Shown: one piece after another, positions 1 to 8,298 of the stretch
Layout: each line of letters starts with the position of its first letter
Numbering within the stretch: the stretch's first letter is position 1
IMG/VR virus record: IMGVR_UViG_3300037423_002564
Source of the DNA: a virus
Length of the DNA: 35,963 nt
Strand: one strand, 5' to 3'
Made by a program: the position numbers and the translations under genes
The notes under the pieces: generated by a model
Databases searched by the model: none
Seen by the model: only the letters and a program-made list of their open reading frames with translations
What the model was told of the DNA's origin: nothing

Positions 1-22
1 GGGCCTGCTCAAGGGGTAGCTG

Positions 23-397
23 ATGGACAAGCTCATCTACGACGCCGTCTTCGAGCGGGACCAAGGCCGCTGCCAGTTCCCCATCGAGGACGGCCGCTGC
101 ATCGCCTGGCGCAAGTGCGGCGCGAGCTTCCGCGTCGAGGCCCACCACCGGCACATCCGCGGCCAGGGCGGCGAGGACACGGTCGAGAACCTGATCCTGC
201 TGTGCCAGGAGCACCACATGTGGTGCCACGCCCACGCCCGGGAGGCCGCGGAGCTGGGGCTGATCGTGCTGGAGAAGGACGGCCGCTACGACACCAGCCG
301 GCACGAGTGGATGGAGGATCAGATCCCCGAGGACGGCTACTTCGAGGACGTGGAGCAGGCCCTGTTCGCCCACGAGCCGGGCGACTTCGTGTGGTAA
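23..397 (+). CDS. HNH endonuclease
   Basis: VFERDQGRCQ...EAHHRHIRGQGGEDTVENLILLCQEHH matches the small phage HNH pattern (RD..RC, HH, N, C..HH). Confidence 0.85.
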   Translation: MDKLIYDAVFERDQGRCQFPIEDGRCIAWRKCGASFRVEAHHRHIRGQGGEDTVENLILLCQEHHMWCHAHAREAAELGLIVLEKDGRYDTSRHEWMEDQIPEDGYFEDVEQALFAHEPGDFVW

Positions 398-414
398 GGT
401 AGTACCAAGCGACC
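398..414 (+). promoter_or_regulatory. 17-bp motif copy GGTAGTACCAAGCGACC
   Basis: Perfect GGT-N3-ACC-N5-ACC immediately after the HNH stop and before the RBS of the next gene. Confidence 0.7.
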
Positions 415-427
415 GAAGGACCCACGC

Positions 428-1057
428 ATGGCCGACACCTCCCACCAGGAACCGCTCACCCTCTCGCCGACGGCGAACATGCCGGCCCACACGCTGGAGC
501 CGGGCTTCTGGCGCAAGGCGCTGCACACCGACGAGGAGCTGTACGCCGCCCTGATGCAGCTCCTGGAGAAGAACGAGGCGCGCATGACGCTGCTTCAGCG
601 CGCCTTGGACCGGGAGCTGCCGGCGGACGACGGCTACCTGCTCTCGCGCGCCATCACCTGGCTCGACAGCCAGGTCACGTTCATGGGGCGCCTCTTGAGC
701 GACGCGGAGGGGCTTTTGGACCTGGCCGAAGCGCACTTCCTGCTGCCGGCGGGCCGCAGCGAGATCTGCACCGACGACGAGGGCAAGCTGATCCCCTCGG
801 ACGCCAAGGGCTGGAGCTTCGACCTCAACAAGGCCACCCCGGAGGAGACCAAGGCGTTCAAGCCGCGCTGGACCAGCCTCACCACCAACGACCGCGAGGT
901 CGACTGCGCCGCCAAGTGCGTGGCCTTCCGCCGGCTGCGCAACGAGTACCAGGCCGTCGCCAAGGGGTTGGAGAGCAAGCTTTACAAGGCATCGGGGCTG
1001 CTGGACGAACTCAAGGCACGGCATCGTGCCGCGGGCCTGGTGGAGCGACCCCGATGA
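428..1057 (+). CDS. hypothetical protein, helical/coiled-coil
   Basis: GAAGGA RBS, GC3-biased codons, protein-like composition; no family recognised. Confidence 0.75.
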   Translation: MADTSHQEPLTLSPTANMPAHTLEPGFWRKALHTDEELYAALMQLLEKNEARMTLLQRALDRELPADDGYLLSRAITWLDSQVTFMGRLLSDAEGLLDLAEAHFLLPAGRSEICTDDEGKLIPSDAKGWSFDLNKATPEETKAFKPRWTSLTTNDREVDCAAKCVAFRRLRNEYQAVAKGLESKLYKASGLLDELKARHRAAGLVERPR

Positions 1058-1074
1058 GGGCCCGGTCCCATCCT

Positions 1075-1080
1075 TACAAT
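1075..1080 (+). promoter_or_regulatory. putative -10 box (TACAAT) for the RNAP operon
   Basis: ccatcctTACAATatg in a short intergenic gap upstream of 1108. Confidence 0.5.
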
Positions 1081-1107
1081 ATGTGTAGGGATGCGAGAGG
1101 GGGCGTG

Positions 1108-1341
1108 ATGCAGACCTATTGCTACGTCATCAAGCCGGTGACGGACCGCGACGAGAAGGCCATCCGCAACGTGATCGTCGGCCAGCAGATCCATGCCAAG
1201 GTCGCGCGCCTCAAGGGCAAGGACGGCATGGCCTTCTTGGAGGTCGTGGTGCCGGACAAGAACGAGATGGACCGCATCATCAACCTCTCGGCCATGATCA
1301 GCGGCCGGCGTCTGGCATACACGGAGTGGAGGCCCCAATGA
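1108..1341 (+). CDS. small hypothetical protein (MQTYCYVIKP...)
   Basis: Real part of ORF 916..1341; GAGGGG RBS before ATG 1108; ATGA overlap with the RNAP gene. Confidence 0.7.
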   Translation: MQTYCYVIKPVTDRDEKAIRNVIVGQQIHAKVARLKGKDGMAFLEVVVPDKNEMDRIINLSAMISGRRLAYTEWRPQ

Positions 1342-3182
1342 TCACCACCGTCGGCCAGATGATGGTCCAAGACGCGCTCCCCGCGAGCGTGCGCACGAAC
1401 GCGGTGATCGACAAGGGTGGCCTCGGCCGGCTGCTCAAGCAGGTGGCCGACAAGGAGCCCAAGCGCTACGGCGAGATCGTCGGCAAGCTCAAGGACATCG
1501 GCAACTTCTCCGCCTTCATCACGGGCACGAGCTACTCGCTCGACGACCTGGCGCCGGAGACCGGCATGCGCGACCAGCTCTTCAAGAAGCACGGCCGCGA
1601 GCTGGAGGCCCTGCGCAAGGAGATCGCCAAGGACCCCAGCCGCGCCAACCACCCCGAGATGCTGAAGCGCAAGGCCGCGGTCTTCTCACGCATCGAGGAG
1701 GACATGAACGCCCACATGGGCGAGCTGCTCAAGACCCCCAACGGCCTGACCGGCTGGGTGGCCTCGGGCGCCAAGGGCGACAAGAGCATGCTGCGCCAGA
1801 TGGTGGGCATGACCGGCCTGAACGTCGACGTCGCCGGCCGCCTGGTGCCGGAAATTGCCCGCAACTCCTTCAGCGAGGGGCTCTCGCCCATCGATCACCT
1901 CGTGCATGCCAACGGCGCGCGCCGCGGCGTCGTCAACACCTACACCAGCGTGCGCGAGCCCGGTGCCTTCGCCAAGGAGCTGAACACCATCAGCGCGGAC
2001 ATGGTGATCACCCAGGCCGACTGCGGCAGCTCCGACGGCGTGGTGCTGCCGCCGGACCACCCCGACGCGCTCGACCGCTGCCTGGGCCAGGACGTGCCCG
2101 GCATCGCCCACAAGAATGACATCTGGACGCCCAGCCTGGCGGAGGCGGCGCGCAAGAAGCAGACCGGCAACCTGGTCTTCCGCTCGCCGCTGCACTGCCA
2201 CGCCCACGAGGGCGTGTGCGCCCGCTGCTTCGGGCTCAACGAGGAGGGCCGGCTGCCGCCCGTGGGCGAGCATGTGGGCCTGAAGGCGGCCCAGGCCATC
2301 ACGGAGCCCCTGACGCAGCTCGCGCTCAACACCAAGCATACGGGCGGCGTGATCGGGGCGGGCAAGAGCCCGTTCCAGCAGATCATGCAGATGATGCACG
2401 CGCCCAAGAACTTCACCGGCGCGGCCACCCTGGCGCGCGTGGGCGGCCCGGTCACGGCGATCGAGGAGGCGCCCGCGGGCGGCCACCAGGTCACGGTGGC
2501 GGGCGTGGTCCACTACGTGCCGCCCGACTTCGCGGTGGTGGCCCGCCGCGGCCAGATGCTGCGCCGCGGCGATGCCCTCTCCGAGGGCCAGCTCCACCCG
2601 GCCGAGGTGGTCGAGCACCGCGGCATGGACGAAGGCCGCCGACAGTTCGCCGCGGGCGTGCAGAAGCTCTACGCCGACGCTGGCATCCGCGGCCACGGCA
2701 AGATCTTCGAGACCATCGCGCGCGGCGTGCTCAACCTGGGCCAGGTGGTCCAGCCGGGCGCCCACGAGTTCGTGCCGGGCGAGGTGGTCCACTGGAACGC
2801 CGTGGCGCCCTTGATGAAGGAGCCGCTGGAGTCGGTGCCGCTCTGGAAGAGCGAGGGCCGCATCCTGGCCGACGACCACGGCCCCGCCCGCCACTACCAG
2901 GTCGTCACGCCGCGCCTGCTCAAGGACATGGAGGCCGCCGGCCACCAAGACGTGACCGTCTACCGCAAGAACGCCCTGGTGGTGCAGCCGGTGATGATGG
3001 GCACGGAGCGCGCGGCCCTGCACAAGGGCGACTGGATGGCGAACCTGGGCTTCCGCTTCCTGGGCAGCCGCTTCAAGGAGAACGCGGCCACCGCGGCCGT
3101 CACCAACATCCACGGCTGGAACCCCTTCCCCGCCTACGCCGCCGGCAGCGAGTTCGGCAAGGGGCCCGGGGGCCGCTTCTGA
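1338..3182 (+). CDS. rpoC: DNA-directed RNA polymerase beta' subunit, C-terminal half (phage-encoded)
   Basis: TTVGQ, SGAKG, NSFSEGL, bridge helix GARRGVVNT, DCGS plus RSPLHC..EGVCARCFG zinc site, trigger loop GEHVGLKAAQAITEPLTQLALNTKHTGG; no NADFDGD; GGAGG RBS before ATG 1338. Confidence 0.92.
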   Translation: MITTVGQMMVQDALPASVRTNAVIDKGGLGRLLKQVADKEPKRYGEIVGKLKDIGNFSAFITGTSYSLDDLAPETGMRDQLFKKHGRELEALRKEIAKDPSRANHPEMLKRKAAVFSRIEEDMNAHMGELLKTPNGLTGWVASGAKGDKSMLRQMVGMTGLNVDVAGRLVPEIARNSFSEGLSPIDHLVHANGARRGVVNTYTSVREPGAFAKELNTISADMVITQADCGSSDGVVLPPDHPDALDRCLGQDVPGIAHKNDIWTPSLAEAARKKQTGNLVFRSPLHCHAHEGVCARCFGLNEEGRLPPVGEHVGLKAAQAITEPLTQLALNTKHTGGVIGAGKSPFQQIMQMMHAPKNFTGAATLARVGGPVTAIEEAPAGGHQVTVAGVVHYVPPDFAVVARRGQMLRRGDALSEGQLHPAEVVEHRGMDEGRRQFAAGVQKLYADAGIRGHGKIFETIARGVLNLGQVVQPGAHEFVPGEVVHWNAVAPLMKEPLESVPLWKSEGRILADDHGPARHYQVVTPRLLKDMEAAGHQDVTVYRKNALVVQPVMMGTERAALHKGDWMANLGFRFLGSRFKENAATAAVTNIHGWNPFPAYAAGSEFGKGPGGRF

Positions 3183-3559
3183 TGAACGGCGTGCGGCTGG
3201 TCAAGGGCAACACGCGGCTCGTGCTCCTGTTCGACTCCTACGCCATCAAGGTGCCCCGCCCGGGCAACGAGGCGGACGGCCGCGAGGCCAACCGGCGCGA
3301 GGCGGCGCTCTGGAAGGCGCACCAGGACGAGCGGCTCTGCCCGGTGCTCTTCGCCGACGAGAAGGGTGCGATCCTGGTCATGCGCCGGGCGCAGAAGTAC
3401 TACGCCTACAACAAGAAGGACTTCATCGACCAGGTGTACTGGCGCAAGGTGTTCACGGACTTCCTGGCCTTCGCCAACGACATGCACCCGGGCAACTTCG
3501 GCTACCTGGATGGGCGCCTGGTGCTCCTGGACTACGGCACCATGCTGGTGGAGGGATAG
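3182..3559 (+). CDS. minimal protein-kinase-like protein (125 aa)
   Basis: GNTRLV, AIKVP, NRREA, DMHPGN and LLDYG correspond to kinase-like subdomains I, II, III, VIb and VII; TGATG coupling to the RNAP gene. Confidence 0.8.
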   Translation: MNGVRLVKGNTRLVLLFDSYAIKVPRPGNEADGREANRREAALWKAHQDERLCPVLFADEKGAILVMRRAQKYYAYNKKDFIDQVYWRKVFTDFLAFANDMHPGNFGYLDGRLVLLDYGTMLVEG

Positions 3560-4327
3560 ATGCGCGACTTCAACGAGATCATCGCGGCCCTGGGCATTCC
3601 CGACGACGTCGACCCGATGGCGGTGGTGGGCGACGGCAGCGAGCTGCGCCAGGGCGCCCTCAAGGAGGGCATGGTCAACGCGGTCGACAAGGTCAGCATG
3701 AACTACCAGTTGCTGCACCTGCGCCTGGAGACCATGCTGATCAGCATGCTCGAAACCCTCTACCGGCAGGACGACACCTTCACCTTCAACCCGGAGGACG
3801 AGATGGACTCCGGCATCGTGATCACCAACACCTTCAGCCGCAACGCGGTGGAAGGTCGCGACAAGCGCCCGGTCATCGTCATCGGCTTCGAGAGCGGCCA
3901 GCCCTCGAACCTGGTGCTGCGCGACGCGGCCTGGCGCTCCCCGCCGAACATGCTGCCGATGGAGAAGAAGCAGGTCTTCGAGACCATGCGCTTCCGCATC
4001 GCCTGCATCCACACCAACCGCTGGATCGCGAGCTTCCTGGGCGGCCAGGTGCGCGCCTTCATCGCGAGCTACATGGACGTGCTGCGCGTGGCCTTCAACC
4101 TCCAGAAGGTCTACCCGCCCGCGTTGGCCGGCCTGGGCCTGCTCGACACCTACGACGACCTGTTCGCCTGCATGATCGACCTCCAGGTCGAGGTGTTGCC
4201 CGTCTGGACGCAGACCAAGGACCCCAAGCAGATCAAGCGCATCATCGTGAGCGTCGAGGCCACGGTGGCGCGCCAGCTCCAGGGCGCGCTCACGCAGGAC
4301 ATCGAAGTGGTGCGGGTGGAGCCGTGA
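3560..4327 (+). CDS. putative tail terminator / tail completion protein
   Basis: RPVIVIG...FRIACI...ASFLGGQVRAFI alternating strand/helix pattern resembles tail-completion proteins; the CDS is clear, the function is inferred. Confidence 0.5.
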   Translation: MRDFNEIIAALGIPDDVDPMAVVGDGSELRQGALKEGMVNAVDKVSMNYQLLHLRLETMLISMLETLYRQDDTFTFNPEDEMDSGIVITNTFSRNAVEGRDKRPVIVIGFESGQPSNLVLRDAAWRSPPNMLPMEKKQVFETMRFRIACIHTNRWIASFLGGQVRAFIASYMDVLRVAFNLQKVYPPALAGLGLLDTYDDLFACMIDLQVEVLPVWTQTKDPKQIKRIIVSVEATVARQLQGALTQDIEVVRVEP

Positions 4328-4539
4328 GGCCCCGCCCCGCTCACCCGCGCACCGGCGGAAACAGGCGCCGGAAATGCCCCTGCTGCAAGCGCTTCTTGAA
4401 GCGCGATCGCGTGGACCACTACTGCCAGCCCTGCCGCACCGAAGCCCGGCGCCGGCGCGCCGACCGCGCGGCCATCGAGCGCGAGCCGCGCTGGGGCGGC
4501 CACCTGCTGGGCGATCTTTTGAGGTTGGCGAGCGGGTAG
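4324..4539 (+). CDS. small basic zinc-finger protein
   Basis: RKCPCCKR...HYCQPCR two CxxC pairs; GTGA overlap with upstream stop; ends just before the terminator. Confidence 0.55.
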   Translation: MRPRPAHPRTGGNRRRKCPCCKRFLKRDRVDHYCQPCRTEARRRRADRAAIEREPRWGGHLLGDLLRLASG

Positions 4540-4556
4540 GGGGCAATCGCTTAAAT

Positions 4557-4595
4557 AAAGAAACCCGGTCGCCACGCGGGCTTCCGGGTTTTTTT
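4557..4595. terminator. bidirectional intrinsic terminator
   Basis: AAACCCGG (4561-4568) / CCGGGTTT (4584-4591) stem, T-run on the right and A-run on the left, between convergent genes. Confidence 0.85.
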
Positions 4596-4627
4596 GAGTG
4601 AATTTCTGTTTACAATGCAAATAAACT

Positions 4628-5302
4628 TCAAAAGCGCATGCCGGCGCCGACGAAGTAGCCCGTGGCGAGGTCGTAGCCGACGTAGCCACCCGCGCCGAAG
4701 TAGATCTTGCCGCCCAGGGCGCCCATCGCGCCGGCGGCCTTGTGGTTGGCGAGCAGATCCACCGAGGCTTCCACCCGGGTCACGTCGTGGGGCAGCACGC
4801 CGAAGCGCTCCACCGCCATCAGCGGCCGGCCGCGCAGGGTCTGCATGTCGAAGGCGAAGGCGCCCGGGAGCGTGCCGACGAACACGCCCAGCCGGGTGTG
4901 GTCCAGCTCGGGCACGGCCGACACGACGGCCACCGGCACGGGCGGCGGGGTGATCACCACCACCGGGGCGCTGGCCGCGGCGTCCTGCTTGAGCACGATC
5001 TCGATCTCCTCGAAGCCGGGCGAGGCAGCAGGGCCCGCCGGGGCATCGCCAGCGGGCGAGGAAGGCCCTTGTGGGGGTAAGGGGCGACGGATGATGACGT
5101 GCGCCTCCTGGGTGGCCTTGGCGGCCGTCACGGGCGCCGGCGTCGGCGAGGGCGCCGGGGTGGACGGCTGCGGGCCGAGCACGGGCCGCGGCACCGGCGC
5201 GGGCTCCACGTGGCCGCAGCCGCGGGTCAGGCAGAGCAGGAGCGCGATCGCGGCCAGGGCGAGACCGATCTCAAGGGCGAGCGGGGGGAGCTTCCAGTTC
5301 AA
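4628..5302 (-). CDS. membrane-anchored protein with Pro-rich linker and C-terminal amphipathic beta strands (spanin-like candidate)
   Basis: AAGGAGG RBS then TTG at 5302; hydrophobic N-terminus ending in LTRGC; Pro/Ala linker; ends in YFVGAGMRF. Confidence 0.65.
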   Translation of the reverse strand: MNWKLPPLALEIGLALAAIALLLCLTRGCGHVEPAPVPRPVLGPQPSTPAPSPTPAPVTAAKATQEAHVIIRRPLPPQGPSSPAGDAPAGPAASPGFEEIEIVLKQDAAASAPVVVITPPPVPVAVVSAVPELDHTRLGVFVGTLPGAFAFDMQTLRGRPLMAVERFGVLPHDVTRVEASVDLLANHKAAGAMGALGGKIYFGAGGYVGYDLATGYFVGAGMRF

Positions 5303-5891
5303 GAGGAGCCTCCTTGAAGGGGTACGGCGTCGCCTGCGGGACGAACACGACGTCGTACATGCGCCCGACCAAGACCGCGGCCTCCCATTCGTCCCGCACG
5401 GGGTGCAGGCCACTGGGGTCGAGCAGGTAGGTGCCGCTGGTGTGCCAGATCAGGCAGCCTTCGTGGAAGTACAGCCAGTAGGCGCGGCGCTCACGGATGT
5501 TGCGCACCAAGTCGACGAGGGCCGCCCAGATGCTCTGGTAGCGGAACACGTACATCTGCGCCCGGTAGACACCGGGCATCTGGCGCGCGGCCAGGTAGGC
5601 GAAGGCGCTGACGTCGTCGCAGTCCACCCGCAGGGGCCACTCGCGCGCGTCGCCGTAGAGCCCCTTGGCGATGTTGTGGACGATCCAGTAGTTCACGTTC
5701 GCCGGGTGCGTGTAGTTGTCGAGCAACCCGCCCCACAGGTCCCAGGTGTACTTGAAGTTGGTCGCCAGGTAGGCGGCCAGCGCCTGGGGCGTGGCGAACG
5801 ACGGCAGGGGGGCCAAGAACAGCCGCGGCTGGAGCGCGCGGCTGACGAGGCCCTTGAAGAACATCCAGACCCAGGTCAGCAGGGCGAGCAT
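5271..5891 (-). CDS. transglutaminase-like cysteine peptidase-fold protein with hydrophobic N-terminus
   Basis: VDCDDVSAF, HEGCLI and YLLDPSG give a Cys-His-Asp order typical of transglutaminase-like proteins; AAGGAG RBS. Confidence 0.7.
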   Translation of the reverse strand: MLALLTWVWMFFKGLVSRALQPRLFLAPLPSFATPQALAAYLATNFKYTWDLWGGLLDNYTHPANVNYWIVHNIAKGLYGDAREWPLRVDCDDVSAFAYLAARQMPGVYRAQMYVFRYQSIWAALVDLVRNIRERRAYWLYFHEGCLIWHTSGTYLLDPSGLHPVRDEWEAAVLVGRMYDVVFVPQATPYPFKEAPLELEAPPARP

Positions 5892-5900
5892 GGCGGCTCC

Positions 5901-6560
5901 TTAATCGCCCTGGCCGCCACCGGACCGACCGTCGGTCTGACCCGGCGCGGGAGCGGGGCTGGGGGTGGTGGGGGCCTCCGCGGCCGGCTCGGGGATGGCC
6001 GGGGTCTCGGTCGCGGGGGCGCTCTCGGGCGGCGTCATCACCCGGCCCGCGATCAGGTCGCGGATGCCGTTGAACATCGCCATCTGCCGGATGTCGAAGG
6101 GCAGGTTGCCGCTGTCGTAGAGGTTCTCGGCGATGCTCCACAGCTCCACCATGGCAAGGAAGTACATCACGGACTTGTGACCCCAGACGTCGCCCAGCAA
6201 GGGGATGGTCAGGGCGCCGGCGATGTACAGCAGCAGGTAGTCGCGGAACTTGGGCAGCCCCTTGTCGCGCATGATGCGGCTCGTGAAGGGCAGGCCCTGC
6301 TTGCGGCAGGCGTTGTACTTCGTGATGAGGTCGATGGTCAAGAGCGCGAACAGGGCGCCCAGGCTGGCGATGTGATCCGGCAGCACGGCGGTGAACTTCG
6401 CCATCACCGTACTCAAGATGGTGCCCATGGCGACGAGCACCGGCTTGTCCTTCAGGAGGTGCCAAAAGTACACGGCGTAGTTGGCCGCCTCGTGGACGGC
6501 CCCTTGGACCTGCTGCACCGACTCGCGGGCGCCGACGGGCGTCGGGGTGTTGGTTGCCAT
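5901..6560 (-). CDS. phage holin (toxin-secretion/phage lysis holin type)
   Basis: Several TM segments with IDLITK...TSRIMRDKGLPK...ELWSIAENL signature. Confidence 0.8.
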   Translation of the reverse strand: MATNTPTPVGARESVQQVQGAVHEAANYAVYFWHLLKDKPVLVAMGTILSTVMAKFTAVLPDHIASLGALFALLTIDLITKYNACRKQGLPFTSRIMRDKGLPKFRDYLLLYIAGALTIPLLGDVWGHKSVMYFLAMVELWSIAENLYDSGNLPFDIRQMAMFNGIRDLIAGRVMTPPESAPATETPAIPEPAAEAPTTPSPAPAPGQTDGRSGGGQGD

Positions 6561-6607
6561 CTTGCTCGCTCCTGTGGCTCGATCGTCCGGCGGGATTACG
6601 CGAGGTT

Positions 6608-6613
6608 ATTATA
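6608..6613 (-). promoter_or_regulatory. -10 box TATAAT upstream of holin
   Basis: ggggccTATAATaac on the minus strand, 48 nt upstream of the holin ATG. Confidence 0.7.
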
Positions 6614-6655
6614 GGCCCCGGCCGGGGTCGGGCCAGGGCGGCACCAGGAGCGGCC

Positions 6656-6695
6656 AAAAGGAAGGCCGGAGAACCGCACAGGACGGTCCTCCGGC
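6656..6695 (-). terminator. putative intrinsic terminator ending the tail-fibre operon
   Basis: GCCGGAG-ACCG / CGGT-CTCCGGC stem followed on the minus strand by CTTCCTTTT. Confidence 0.5.
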
Positions 6696-6776
6696 TCGGT
6701 CGGCCACAGGAGCCGACTCAACATGGCGCCCAGCATAGCATGGGGGCACCCGGGCCTACAATGGAACGTTTGTTCG

Positions 6777-7349
6777 TTACCAGCCTTGGCCCGGGAAGGT
6801 GTGGTTGTAGAGCGGCGAGCTGCGCGGCACCCAGACCGTGCGCAGCGTGTCCGCGTTGCGCAGATCCTTCGGCAGCGTGTCCACGTCCTGGACGGCGGGC
6901 ACCAGGTCGTAGCCCGAGCGGTAGTAGGCCATCGCGATGGTCTCGGAGCAGACCTTGCGCCGCCCGTCCTGGCTGACGTCGTCGTCCATGCCGGGCCGGT
7001 GGCGCAACCCCAGCCGGTAGCCGATCACGATCTGGGCCAGATGCCCGTAGCCGTAACCCTCGCCGACATGAGCGCGCATCCAGTCCACGGCGGCAAGCTT
7101 GGTCGCCGCATCGCAGTAGGGACGCCAGACCTCGAAGTGGTCGAACTCGTCGAAGATCTTCTCGTGGACGCCGTTGTAGGAGTTCTCCAACACGAACACG
7201 GTCGGCTCCTTGAACACGGGCGACAGGTCCACCCGGCTCACCATCATGGCGTGCGGGAACGCCGCGCCCGTGAAGAGCCAGGCCAAGGTCGGCCAAGGCT
7301 CGCCACCACACTGAACCAGCACATCGCCGGCGGTATAACGTTGATACAT
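6777..7349 (-). CDS. permuted papain-like NlpC/P60 amidase (YiiX/YaeF-like)
   Basis: AGDVLV, early His in FPHAMM, VGEGYGY, late Cys in KVCSETIAMAY, TLPKDL. Confidence 0.8.
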   Translation of the reverse strand: MYQRYTAGDVLVQCGGEPWPTLAWLFTGAAFPHAMMVSRVDLSPVFKEPTVFVLENSYNGVHEKIFDEFDHFEVWRPYCDAATKLAAVDWMRAHVGEGYGYGHLAQIVIGYRLGLRHRPGMDDDVSQDGRRKVCSETIAMAYYRSGYDLVPAVQDVDTLPKDLRNADTLRTVWVPRSSPLYNHTFPGQGW

Positions 7350-7364
7350 TTCTATGTCCTTCCC

Positions 7365-8288
7365 CTACTTCTTGCGGGTCATGTCCCAGTCGACGTCGAT
7401 GTAGGGCCGGATCTCGGCGCTGTTCGCATCGAGTTCGCACGGGCGGGTGCGCTTGATCTTCAGGCGCACGATCAGGTTCGCGATGATGGTGGTGCCCGCG
7501 CCGAGATGGGCCAGCAGGTCCGCGCCCAGGGCGTGGTCCACCAGCGGGATGCCCTCGCCGTCCATCTGCGGCGTCGCGCCGTCCATCAGGATGGGGAGTT
7601 GCGGGTAGAGGTTCGCGCTGGCCCAGGTGCCGCCCGGGGGCATCTTGATGGGCTGGTGGTTCGTGCCGGCGAGCGTGATGCCCTGGTTGGCAAGCGTGAA
7701 ACCGCCCATGCGGCAGAAAGTGCTCTCGTCGGCCGCGTCCAGGTAGAAGCCGGTGTCCACCTCGATTTGCGTGAAGCGCGGCACGTTCTGCCATTCGGCA
7801 GCCACCGCGTTGAGCGAGAGGTCGGCGACGATGGGGTAGACGTGATAGCTCACCACCGGGCTGTCGTCGCCGGCCGCGCCGGTCGCTTCCAGCCAGGCGC
7901 ACCCGCGCGGCAGGGTCGCCAGCTTGGCGGCGCGATCGCCGGCCGCGAGGAAGGCGGTCACGTCGGCATCCGTGGGCAGCTCCATGGCGACGGAGCCCTG
8001 CGCGTACTCGATGGACTGCGGTCCCGCCGGCGGGTTCGCGGTCTTGAGCCACCCTTCGGCCGTCACGCCATAGTCGAGCTGCGGCTTGACGGTGTTGTGG
8101 AAGTGGTCCCAGTCGCTGCCCGCGTTCTCGTCGTAGTGGACGACGGCGACGTGCAGGGCACCGCCCAGCTCCAGCCGGACCTCCACGTCCTTGGGGCCTA
8201 GGGACATGTGCCGGACCTTCGGCAAGAGCCCCTCGGCCTGGCCGGCGATGGCGAGCAGCTCGCCGTAAGTGACCTTGATCGTGTGCAT
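7365..8288 (-). CDS. hypothetical protein, probably virion-associated
   Basis: AGGAG RBS; lies within the tail-fibre operon; no family recognised. Confidence 0.7.
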   Translation of the reverse strand: MHTIKVTYGELLAIAGQAEGLLPKVRHMSLGPKDVEVRLELGGALHVAVVHYDENAGSDWDHFHNTVKPQLDYGVTAEGWLKTANPPAGPQSIEYAQGSVAMELPTDADVTAFLAAGDRAAKLATLPRGCAWLEATGAAGDDSPVVSYHVYPIVADLSLNAVAAEWQNVPRFTQIEVDTGFYLDAADESTFCRMGGFTLANQGITLAGTNHQPIKMPPGGTWASANLYPQLPILMDGATPQMDGEGIPLVDHALGADLLAHLGAGTTIIANLIVRLKIKRTRPCELDANSAEIRPYIDVDWDMTRKK

Positions 8289-8298
8289 CGCGGGACTC

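Noticed and set aside
1119-1337. N-terminal 73 aa of the 687-aa RNAP ORF
   Set aside because: Overlaps the real gene 1108..1341 in another frame; RBS and homology support ATG 1338
1338-3182. Host chromosomal rpoC locus
   Set aside because: No rpoB or ribosomal protein neighbours, universally conserved residues are altered, and the context is entirely phage
6705-6730. AGGAG plus ATG at 6723 suggesting a plus-strand gene
   Set aside because: The frame runs antisense through two well-supported genes and its translation is not protein-like
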